Assembly: GCA_013289095.1 (NCBI GenBank)
Contig: JABDAO010000004.1
Span: forward strand, 1,530 to 65,529
Reading direction: 5' to 3'
DNA from: Bacteroidota bacterium
GTDB taxonomy: Bacteria > Bacteroidota > Bacteroidia > Palsa-965
Length of the DNA: 64,000 nucleotides
The stretch's first letter is position 1, and every line of letters starts with the position of its first letter. Position numbers and translations under genes: made by a program. The notes under the pieces are model-generated. The model had not been told where the DNA came from. It made no database searches and worked only from the letters and a program-made list of their open reading frames with translations. Shown piece by piece: positions 10,749 to 18,384 of the stretch.

Positions 10749-11000
10749 ATGAAAATAAAAAATCACAACGCCGAACTCTTCATCGAAGCAAACCGGAAGC
10801 AATTTGTAGGCAAGGATCTTACCTCGTTTGAGACTTCCTACAAGATCAAAGATCTCGTTTTTCAGGAAGGCGAAGTCCTGGCCTTGCTTGCTCTGGCTGA
10901 TAACCCGGAAACAGCCCTGATTTTGTATATGGACATAGACCGTGCTGCCGAACTCCTGGGAATGACCATTGACTGGAAGAAATTCGGGTTTAAAATCTAA
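10749..11000 (+). CDS. hypothetical small protein
   Basis: 83-aa ORF with protein-like composition. It is in the same frame as the upstream WG-repeat ORF (see findings). The competing antisense ORF 10680-11021 looks less protein-like. Confidence 0.3.
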   Translation: MKIKNHNAELFIEANRKQFVGKDLTSFETSYKIKDLVFQEGEVLALLALADNPETALILYMDIDRAAELLGMTIDWKKFGFKI

Positions 11001-11140
11001 GTCTTTAAAGAACCCTGACAATCTGTTTTCACCGCCTGTCCGGCAAGGGATATAATAAGGTTAAATCGTATCTTGCAGCGGGATAGAACAAGTGCGAGGT
11101 CCGAACCCCGGTCTTCATTTTTTGAATTAATGACAGCTCT

Positions 11141-11548
11141 ATGAAAACACAGAAAAAAAAGACATCTGACAAATATGAGATGGTTGAACAAAACCTGACA
11201 TCCTATGCCTACATTCCAGAAATGAAGGATGACGGTTCTGTGTTTGAAAAAAGGAAAATAACCAGTGCAACATTTTCGCCCGATAAAACCTTGCTGATCC
11301 TCAACGGAGGATCACCCGACAACATACCCTACACCATCGTATTGAAAAGCCTTCGGAAAATCTATTCCAGAATCGATAGGGAATTTGATAAGATTATTAT
11401 TAACGGGTTTATAACTGTTGGCGAGGATTTCACCCTGTCAGACCGTTACAGACTTACAATCTACCTAAAAGGCTACCCGCAAAACAAGCATATCGGCGTC
11501 CATATCAAGAAAGCGCTGATGGAAGCTTCAGAACAGTTGAATTCCTGA
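11141..11548 (+). CDS. hypothetical protein
   Basis: 135-aa ORF with no recognisable motif. Called on length and composition only. Confidence 0.4.
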   Translation: MKTQKKKTSDKYEMVEQNLTSYAYIPEMKDDGSVFEKRKITSATFSPDKTLLILNGGSPDNIPYTIVLKSLRKIYSRIDREFDKIIINGFITVGEDFTLSDRYRLTIYLKGYPQNKHIGVHIKKALMEASEQLNS

Positions 11549-11795
11549 TAAACGCATCTTCTTCAAAACAATGAATCGGGCATCTGCTCCCGATGCCAGC
11601 GGTACCTGTCCCGCAAACGCACTCCATGCACGGTAAAATTACTCATCTCAACCATGCTTTGTCTGCATAAGACCGGGCACGGTCTGTCAATATCCCCACT
11701 TCATCGAATACCACAATTTGGTAATAATCTACAAACGCATTGGAGGGTTTTCTTTTTTACTATTGTGTCAGATTAGTCTTTCAGAAATCAGTTTC

Positions 11796-11934
11796 CTATA
11801 AACCAGGATTTTGCATGAGCCGTGTAACAGGCTAATGCAAAATGCGTTAAGCCTTGTGTGTGCCCCGATATCTATCGGGACGGTTATCCCGCTGGGTGCA
11901 TGTGTTGTCAGCCTTTTGAGCAGGGCGGGATAAA
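11796..11934 (-). repeat. core repeat, copy A (shortest copy, lacks the variable insert)
   Basis: The reverse complement reads TTATCCCGCCCTGCTCAAAAGGCTGACAACACATGCACCCAGCGGGATAACCGTCCCGATAGATATCGGGG...GCTTAACGCATTTTGCATTAGCCTGTTACACGGCTCATGCAAAATCCTGGTTTATAG. Confidence 0.8.
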
Positions 11935-12068
11935 AGTATCAGCTTTCATTTAGTGACGTGTTGTTTGTATTCAGTCGTGTAATCCAGGAAGAGCAAGCGT
12001 GGTCTGCATTTTTTACAGAACGAAAATGCAGTTTGAAAAGGGCAGGTTATAGTTAATAACGGTTGAAA

Positions 12069-12935
12069 ATGTTGAGTATGGCACTGACTGAACAACGCAG
12101 AATAGAATTGGGAAGCACAGAAGACGTTGCTTTTCTGGATCTTCAACAGGAATATCAGCGTTTATTTCGCAACAACAAAGAACTGGTGGATGGCATTCAT
12201 TATGCCAAACTTATTCAACAAGGCATCCTTCCACAAGACCGGCATCTGAAACGGCTTTTTGACGATTACTTTGTGATTTACAAACCCCAGAATATCATCG
12301 GTGGAGATCTCTATTGGGTGGGTCAGAAGGGGAACCTGAAAATATTTGCCGTGGCCGATTGTACGGGTCATGGCGTAAGCGGGGCCCTGCTTTCGGTGCT
12401 TGCCCTCTCCTTTCTGAACTATGTGATCCTGGGCAAAGAATTTACCGAAGTGCATGAAGTGCTCGAAGAGCTCGACAAGAAATGGATCGAAACCTTTCAC
12501 CAGGGTGTGGAGTTTGGGTTCGACAACGATTGGATGGAAATAGGTCTTTGTTCATTTAATACCGAAACACGCGAACTTCAGTTTGCCGGGGCTTTTAATA
12601 AAGTTACCTGTATCACCGGTACAGAGGTGGTAAATATGTACGGAAGCCGATATCCGATAGGAGGCTGGCAGCTTGAAAAGATGCGTACGTTTCAAAATCA
12701 TTCGATGGCGCTTCCCCCTGATACCATGGTATATCTGAGCAGCGATGGGTTTAAAGACCAGTTTGGTTTTACCCAGCGTAAACGGTTCGGCTCCAAACGG
12801 CTCACCGAACTTATCTTGTCGGGAGCATCCTTGTCTGTTTCAGAACAGAAAAAGAGAATGGAATCAGCCTTTGAAAATTGGAAAGGCAAGGAAACCCAGA
12901 CAGATGATGTCTGTATGCTGGGTATAAAACTCTGA
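12069..12935 (+). CDS. PP2C/SpoIIE-family protein serine/threonine phosphatase
   Basis: The ORF track starts at TTG 12063; the first ATG is at 12069. Motifs GGDLYWV and ADCTGHGVSGALLS, plus C-terminal DDVCMLGIKL, are typical of SpoIIE/PP2C. Confidence 0.8.
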   Translation: MLSMALTEQRRIELGSTEDVAFLDLQQEYQRLFRNNKELVDGIHYAKLIQQGILPQDRHLKRLFDDYFVIYKPQNIIGGDLYWVGQKGNLKIFAVADCTGHGVSGALLSVLALSFLNYVILGKEFTEVHEVLEELDKKWIETFHQGVEFGFDNDWMEIGLCSFNTETRELQFAGAFNKVTCITGTEVVNMYGSRYPIGGWQLEKMRTFQNHSMALPPDTMVYLSSDGFKDQFGFTQRKRFGSKRLTELILSGASLSVSEQKKRMESAFENWKGKETQTDDVCMLGIKL

Positions 12936-12936
12936 T

Positions 12937-12970
12937 CCCCCTTGCTGATTTGTTGCCAAGGGGGCTTTTT
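12937..12970 (+). terminator. rho-independent terminator
   Basis: CCCCCTTG (12937-12944) pairs with CAAGGGGG (12957-12964) and is followed by CTTTTT. It lies directly after the phosphatase stop. Confidence 0.7.
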
Positions 12971-13731
12971 AACCCGCATAAGGCATTTGCGCACAAGCCA
13001 TCTGATGCACACGCTGGGATGATCTGAAAATCCCTGAAATAGAGGGTTCCTGATTTGTCACATGCATCGATGAAACAGTGGGCTATGAAAACGGGCTGTT
13101 GGTCTGTTGCAGGTTCGGGTTGATACTTGTAAAAGACAGGCCACGTCTAAATAATGAAAATAGTTCTTGCTTTTCTAATTTCTTTATCCTATACTTGTAT
13201 TATCAATTAGGAAAAGAAGCGAATATCCTACAAGAGTCCTGAACCTTCAGGACAATCCGAAGCCGCTTCAAGCATGTTGTCACTCACAACTTTTAAACGC
13301 TTGAAGCCATGTTTCAAAACAAAATCACACAAACCTTAGGAGTTATTTATTCGGCAGTGCGTAACCTGGTGTTTACACCGGTCTTACAACGTATCTCTAT
13401 TGTTAACTCGCCGATAAATGTGGATTGTTCCTGGAACTAAACAACCATTTCGGCGTACAAGATTACCGAACAAGATTTAGTGAAGCTTAATTTTTACCGG
13501 TCGATGAAATGACTGCAGACCATTTCAGCCGATCATCCCGTTTGTTATTGCACGCATACCTCTTTCAAAAGTCAACGTACGAGTACCCATCAGCCAGGCT
13601 GAGTGAACGGAAAAAAAACGTGAACCCCGCCCAGGGCCATACGCATGCCAAAACTGAAAATCACAACAACGTTTGCGCACCACAAACGAAACGAACAAAA
13701 CCAGAAAAACGCCACAAACACACACACACCG

Positions 13732-14709
13732 ATGAACAAAGAAATGATTACCCTTGGATCAAAAAAAGCGCTTACACTTATAGCCATGGCCGGAACACTC
13801 GGTCTGTTTTCGCAGCATGCCCTGGCTCAAGCAGCCACACAACAAACAAAGCCGGTTCAAACAGAACAGGTAAAAGATAAGGATGAGGACGGGGAAGAAG
13901 AGGCAGAACGCGATGGAAGGGCCATAAACTGCGGAGGCACCGAACGCTGGGCTCAAAAGACCCTCACCGATGCCGCCGAGAACACCATTAATTTTACTCC
14001 TGTTTTGCAAACCGTGCAGCAGCTTGCCGGTTTGACCACACCAACGCCTTCTACCACGATGCTCAGAACGGCGCCAGTGGAGACTACTACGTATATTACG
14101 CATTGCACAATCACCGAAAAACGGGCAGAGACAGACAACGATTATCACCTGGTATTAACAGACGGTGGTGCAAATACCATTATCGGCGAAATACCCGACC
14201 CCACCTGCGCCACCGCAGCATCATCGCCTTATGTGAACCAGTTTATTGCTGCCCGTAATTTTATTGATGCACACATTGCCAGCGGAAATGTACTAAGCGT
14301 AAATATCGGCGCGGTGGTCATTACCGGCGTAGGTTTTGTTGATCCGCCGCATGGTCAGACCGGTGTTGCACCAAACAACTTTGAACTGCACCCCATCATC
14401 AACATTGTATTCGAAACAGCAACCGGAATAGAAGATCTGTCTAAAACCCTCAATGTAACCGTTGGCCCCAACCCTATGACCACTTCCATGGTCTTTAAAG
14501 CCACCTCCACACTCGGCAACCTCGGAACATGTTCACTGGCGCTGTACGACATGCTTGGCGAAATCGTAAAAGAAGTGCCTGTTCCGGTAATGGGCAATAA
14601 CACCATTGAGTATACCCTGGTGAAAGACGACCTGAAAGCAGGCATCTATCTCTACCGCTTGAAAAACAACGGAGCCCCGCTCTACGAAGGAAAAATAGTA
14701 GTTCAGTAA
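13732..14709 (+). CDS. secreted protein with T9SS type A C-terminal sorting domain
   Basis: ORF 13645-14709. The Met at 13732 starts a signal peptide (MNKEMITLGSKKALTLIAMAGTLGLFSQHALAQ). The C-terminus LALYDMLGEIVKEVPVP...GIYLYRLKNNGAPLYEGKIVVQ is Por_Secre_tail-like. Confidence 0.8.
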   Translation: MNKEMITLGSKKALTLIAMAGTLGLFSQHALAQAATQQTKPVQTEQVKDKDEDGEEEAERDGRAINCGGTERWAQKTLTDAAENTINFTPVLQTVQQLAGLTTPTPSTTMLRTAPVETTTYITHCTITEKRAETDNDYHLVLTDGGANTIIGEIPDPTCATAASSPYVNQFIAARNFIDAHIASGNVLSVNIGAVVITGVGFVDPPHGQTGVAPNNFELHPIINIVFETATGIEDLSKTLNVTVGPNPMTTSMVFKATSTLGNLGTCSLALYDMLGEIVKEVPVPVMGNNTIEYTLVKDDLKAGIYLYRLKNNGAPLYEGKIVVQ

Positions 14710-14764
14710 ACTACATCTTACAACGTGCATTGGTTGTGTGTTGTCCAATGTGCGTTTTGTGCAA

Positions 14765-14812
14765 TCCCCGGGAGACAGAGGTCAAGGACCTGTCGGCCCG
14801 GGGATTTTTTTT
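14765..14812 (+). terminator. rho-independent terminator
   Basis: TCCCCGGG (14765-14772) pairs with CCCGGGGA (14797-14804) and is followed by a T8 run. Confidence 0.65.
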
Positions 14813-14818
14813 GTCCTT

Positions 14819-15040
14819 CCCCACGACTCACCCCCCGGCCCCCTCTCTGCAAGCAGAGAGGGGGAGAAAAAAAGCTGGACAAAACGATGGGTGTTTTGTT
14901 CAAATGAATTCAGTTGAATTCATTTGAATAATTCAACACAAAGGCTCCCCCTCTCTGCTTGCAGAGAGGGGGCCGGCTGCCTTCGCTTGAACGTACTTCC
15001 CTTCGGGCTTCGGCAGCTAAAAGGGGGGTGAGTCGTGGGG
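14819..15040. repeat. ~220-bp palindromic REP-like element
   Basis: The left arm CCCCACGACTCACCCCCCGGCCCCCTCTCTGCAAGCAGAGAGGGGG is mirrored by CCCCCTCTCTGCTTGCAGAGAGGGGGCCGG ... GGGGGGTGAGTCGTGGGG. The centre is the palindrome TTCAAATGAATTCAGTTGAATTCATTTGAA. It sits between convergent 3' ends. Confidence 0.75.
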
Positions 15041-15046
15041 TGGGTG

Positions 15047-15832
15047 CTACAGCACATACGAGTGTGCAATCTGCCCAATCTGTATTTCGCCCCCGCGTAT
15101 GGTGCGCATCACTTTTCCATAGTAAAGTGTTCCCGATATCAGACCGGTAATGGTGACGCGGCAAACATCCGATTTCATGGCCAGTTTAAAATTCACACCG
15201 TCGGTGCTTAGCCAGTAATCATGCCCGGTCTGACGGGGCCCTGCTTTTACGGTTATTTCCAGTTCGCCCGGGTGTTTGCCGGGTTTCATGTTCATGGCGG
15301 GTTTTTCAAACACACCGTCGCTCTTCACCTCCATTCCCGCCAGGTGTATGGTAGCTACTGCTGTCTTAGGGTTCAGGTTCGCCAGATTTTCGACATACAT
15401 AGCCAGCACTTTGAGCGCTGCCATGAGGTCTCTTTTCGCGATTTTCGCAAGATCAGTAGCGGCGCCTATGGCTTTTCGTGAAGCCGTTTCAGCGCTCAGG
15501 ACTGCGTCGATGAGTGCAGAAATGGCTGCCAGGGTTGGGGTAGGGTTTGTAAAGGTGGTGGCATTGGTGGTCATGCACGTCACATAATGTTTCGCATCGC
15601 TCGCCACCTGCAGCGTCGATTTGTTGTGAAGTTTGAGTACTACAAGGGCTCTTTTTACCTTTTCCTGAAGAGCAAGCAGAATAAGTGCGGGAACGATGTT
15701 CTTGGCTTTTTCATGTTTTTTGTTTTTAGCTGTGAATTGATGCTGATGCTTGTACCGGCTGCGGTTGATAGTGCCGGGTAATTTATTGCATTTCAGAGAT
15801 TTGCAGGCTATTTCGCATGCCATCCCGAGCAA
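15047..15832 (-). CDS. hypothetical protein, helical N-terminal half plus fibronectin-III-like C-terminal half
   Basis: 261-aa ORF. MTTNATTFTNPTPTLAAISALIDAV ... LAMYVENLANLNPKTA resembles a Bacteroidota family I know only as hypothetical/FN3. The start is uncertain (15832, 15823 or 15574). Confidence 0.6.
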   Translation of the reverse strand: MLGMACEIACKSLKCNKLPGTINRSRYKHQHQFTAKNKKHEKAKNIVPALILLALQEKVKRALVVLKLHNKSTLQVASDAKHYVTCMTTNATTFTNPTPTLAAISALIDAVLSAETASRKAIGAATDLAKIAKRDLMAALKVLAMYVENLANLNPKTAVATIHLAGMEVKSDGVFEKPAMNMKPGKHPGELEITVKAGPRQTGHDYWLSTDGVNFKLAMKSDVCRVTITGLISGTLYYGKVMRTIRGGEIQIGQIAHSYVL

Positions 15833-15860
15833 AATGACCTGTTGAAAGTGCCTGGAGGGT

Positions 15861-16260
15861 CTTTACGGGTTGCTATCTCCCCTTTACGGGTTGCTATCTC
15901 CCATCTACGGGTTGCTATCTCCCCTTTACGTGTTGCTATCACCTAGATACGGGTTGCTATCCCCCATACACGGGTTGCTATCACCCAGATACGGGTTGCT
16001 ATCACCCCTCTACGGGTTGCTATCACCCAGATACGGATAGCTATCACCCATATACAGATTGCTATCACCCAGATACGGATAGCTATCACCCATATACAGA
16101 TTGCTATCACCCAGATACGGGTAGCTATCACCCAGATACAGTTAGCTTTCACCCATATACAGATTGCTATCATCCAGATGCGGATTGCTATCACCCATAT
16201 ACAGATTGCTATCATCCAGATGCGGGTTGCTGTACCTCATGTAGCTATAGAGATAACCCG
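15861..16260. repeat. tandem array 1, 21-nt period, ~19 units (unit TACGGGTTGCTATCACCCAGA)
   Basis: ACGGG recurs at 15865, 15886 and so on, exactly 21 nt apart. Later units alternate in a 42-nt higher-order pattern. The array starts 29 nt upstream of the 15832 start codon. Confidence 0.9.
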
Positions 16261-16460
16261 CCTGGTAGCCCGTGTGCACAGATTGCCAAGAGGGGCGGTT
16301 CCGCAGTTTCCAGATTCCGGCTTGCCGGGCTTGGTGGAATGCTGTCTTTTTTCAATGAACGATTGTATAGTATGCAAAAAACGCTATTCAATGTTTATAT
16401 TAACTGTAAAAATCGGAAAATATCGTATAGGAGATAAACTATTTAGCTTATTTGTGAATA

Positions 16461-16660
16461 ATTTGGGGTCAACGTCATTTTCCGGGGAGTAACCTGTTTT
16501 ATCACGCATGCTGCATTCGTAGCAGGCTTTCGTGCTCAAAAGGCCAGCAGCTCAACGAACCCGCGGGATAAGCCATCCCGATGACTATCGGGACACACAC
16601 AAAGCTTAACGCACGTTGCATTAGCCTGTTACACGGCTTTTCCAAAATCCCGGTTTATAG
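16461..16660 (+). repeat. module (16461-16498) plus core repeat, copy B (16499-16660)
   Basis: The module ATTTGGGGTCAACGTCATTTTCCGGGGAGTAACCTGTT is shared (inverted) with 35399-35436. The core runs from TTATCACGC to CCCGGTTTATAG and is collinear with copies A, C and E. Confidence 0.8.
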
Positions 16661-16740
16661 CATAGACTTTCGATAAAAAACGTTTGATATTCCTCATTCC
16701 GGTACGAAACGTTCGGAAATCTGTCAGAACAGGAATGGAA

Positions 16741-17340
16741 CCTTAGGGAATGTATCAGGAACATTTAAAGGCATCTTACAACTTTGACAAGGCATCTCGT
16801 AGCCTTTGAAAGACATCTTACAACCTTGCAAAGGCATCACGCAGCCTTGATAAGGAACCAGAGGGAAAGTATCAGGAACCTCGGGGAACATGTCGGGAAG
16901 CTTAGGGAACATGTCGGGAAACTAAGGGAACATGTCGGGAAGCTTAGTAAACATGTCGGGAATCTTGGGGAACATGTCGGGAAGCATAGTAAACATGTCG
17001 GGATCCTCGGGGAACATGTCGGGAAACTAAGGAAACATGTCGGGAAGCTTAGTAAACGTGTCGGGAAGCTTAGCAAACATGTCGGGAAGCTTAGTAAACG
17101 TGTCGGGAAACTTGGGGAACATGTCGGGAAGCTTAGTAAACATGTCGGGAAACTTGGGGAACATGTCGGGAAGCTTAGTAAACATGTCGGGAAGCTTGGG
17201 GAACATGTCGGGAAGCTTAGTAAACGTGTCGGGAAGCTTGGGGAACATGTCGGGAAGCTTAGTAAACATGTCGGGAACCTTGGGGAACATGTCGGGAACC
17301 TTCGGGAATGTGTCGGGAACCCCGGGGGAACGTGTTTCTG
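16741..17340. repeat. tandem array 2, 21-nt period, ~28 units (main unit GGGAACATGTCGGGAAGCTTA; four units of AAGGCATCTTACAACYTTGMN at 16767-16852)
   Basis: TGTCGGG recurs at 16891, 16912 and so on, 21 nt apart. The ORF track shows open frames on both strands across it. Confidence 0.9.
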
Positions 17341-17400
17341 GCTGGACCAACATGCAGCAGTCATTCGATCTCTGCCCCCCAGCTTTTGACATTGACCCAT
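17327..17400 (+). repeat. conserved segment S, copy B
   Basis: GGAACGTGTTTCTGGCTGGACCAACATGCAGCAGTCATTCGATCTCTGCCCCCCAGCTTTTGACATTGACCC is nearly identical to the reverse complement of 34941-35025, apart from a ~9-nt indel. Confidence 0.8.
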
Positions 17401-17586
17401 AATTTGAAGGTGAATTTTGGGGAGAGCAATCTGATTTTCTTGAACGGTTGGGAAAATAAGTGTGTGGGAAAACTGATTTACTGAGGGAAGACGGGTGGGG
17501 GCGGGAGCCAATAACCCCATGATTTAGTACTACCGTGTATCCCTGTTTTTTTGTGACAATCAAAACCCGGGACATCGCGCCCGGCT

Positions 17587-17706
17587 GGAGCGCAACGGTT
17601 GTTTGGATGGTGTTTCTACAGACATTACGCCCCTCCGCGGCGTTAAGATGTAGCCCCAGGGGGCGGAATGTTTGCAGAAAAGAGTAGAATAGAATCGTTG
17701 CGCTCC
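17587..17706. repeat. REP-like long hairpin
   Basis: GGAGCGCAACG (17587-17597) pairs with CGTTGCGCTCC (17696-17706). The inner CTACAGACATTACGCCCC pairs imperfectly with GGGGCGGAATGTTTGCAG. This sequence type commonly yields spurious ORFs in Bacteroidota. Confidence 0.4.
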
Positions 17707-17767
17707 GGCGGAGCGCGAGGTATGGACCTGGGTGGAACAGGAATGCGCCTGTTGTTAATAACACTCC

Positions 17768-18175
17768 TTATTTCTTGATCTCCACCGGCAAGCCCTGCTT
17801 TTTCCAATCATTAAAACCCTTCTCGAGATTTATCACCTTTTTGAAACCGTGTTCTTTCAGATAGGTCGAAGCATCGCCGCTGCGGCCTCCTCCGGCGCAA
17901 TACACATAGGTGGGTTTGTCTTTGTTGAGTTTGGCAAACTCTTTTTCGTAGCTTTTGTCGGTATAATCAATCATCACCGAGCCTTTGATGAATCCTTTTT
18001 CGATTTCGCCGGGTGTACGCAAATCGATGAGGATGCCGTCTTTCTTTTCGAGAAGTTCATTGAATTTTTTTGCATCTACATTCTCGATCACCGGTGTGTC
18101 TGTGGCTTTTTGTGCAAGGACAGAGACAGAGGAGAACAGAAAAATTGCGAGCAGGGAACGCATTGCGTGTTTCAT
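17768..18175 (-). CDS. periplasmic rhodanese-domain sulfurtransferase
   Basis: 135-aa ORF with a signal peptide and the rhodanese active-site loop YVYCAGGGRSGDAS. Confidence 0.85.
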   Translation of the reverse strand: MKHAMRSLLAIFLFSSVSVLAQKATDTPVIENVDAKKFNELLEKKDGILIDLRTPGEIEKGFIKGSVMIDYTDKSYEKEFAKLNKDKPTYVYCAGGGRSGDASTYLKEHGFKKVINLEKGFNDWKKQGLPVEIKK

Positions 18176-18198
18176 GATTTTTTTTTAATTGATGTTAC

Positions 18199-18292
18199 TT
18201 GAGGGCATCTACTAACCCCGTTTTCTTGCCCTCTCCCTGCCCTCTCCCAAGGAGAGGGCAGGTTTGGATGGGGTTATCAGAGATGCCCTTGA
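18199..18292. repeat. REP hairpin family 1, copy 1
   Basis: TTGAGGGCATCT...CCCTCTCCCAAGGAGAGGGCAGG...AGATGCCCTTGA has nested inverted repeats. It is nearly the same sequence as 44294-44390. Confidence 0.8.
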
Positions 18293-18303
18293 TTTGGTTT
18301 GGA

Positions 18304-18345
18304 TTTACCACGGAGACACAGCGGGCACGGAGAATCGCGGAGACC
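18304..18345. repeat. REP family 2 fragment (TTACCACGGAGACAC type)
   Basis: TTTACCACGGAGACACAGCGGGCACGGAGAAT resembles GATAACCACGCAGACACGAAAGACACGAAGAAT at 19852. Confidence 0.45.
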
Positions 18346-18384
18346 ATTACCTGACAGCGCTGTGTTGAATGCAAAGAACTTCCT

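Noticed and set aside
13040-13640. Possible riboswitch or sRNA in the 600-nt region upstream of the T9SS cargo gene (GGCTGAG...GAACC resembles part of a TPP element)
   Set aside because: Only fragments of the TPP consensus are present and the order and spacing do not fit. The downstream gene has no link to thiamine. Only simple hairpins (GCTTCAAGC/GCTTGAAGC) are evident.
13509-13880. 123-aa ORF overlapping the start of the T9SS cargo gene
   Set aside because: It has low-complexity basic composition, sits in a different frame from a well-supported gene, and has no motif.
15943-16215. 90-aa ORF (IAICIWVIAIRIWV repeats)
   Set aside because: It is an artefact of array 1, since the same region is open in other frames.
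15861-17340. The tandem arrays as CRISPR arrays
   Set aside because: Units are contiguous 21-mers with no unique spacers between them. The repeat length is below the CRISPR range, and there is no cas gene or leader-like arrangement in the window.
16784-17389. 201-aa ORF encoding HVGKLSK/HVGKLGE heptad repeats, together with 17037-17402, 16837-17520 and 17027-17764, as candidate repeat proteins
   Set aside because: All four lie on the same 21-nt tandem array. They are open simultaneously in two frames on each strand simply because the unit is 7 codons long and lacks stops. None has a signal peptide or a credible non-repeat domain. They are treated as DNA repeats, though translation has not been formally excluded.
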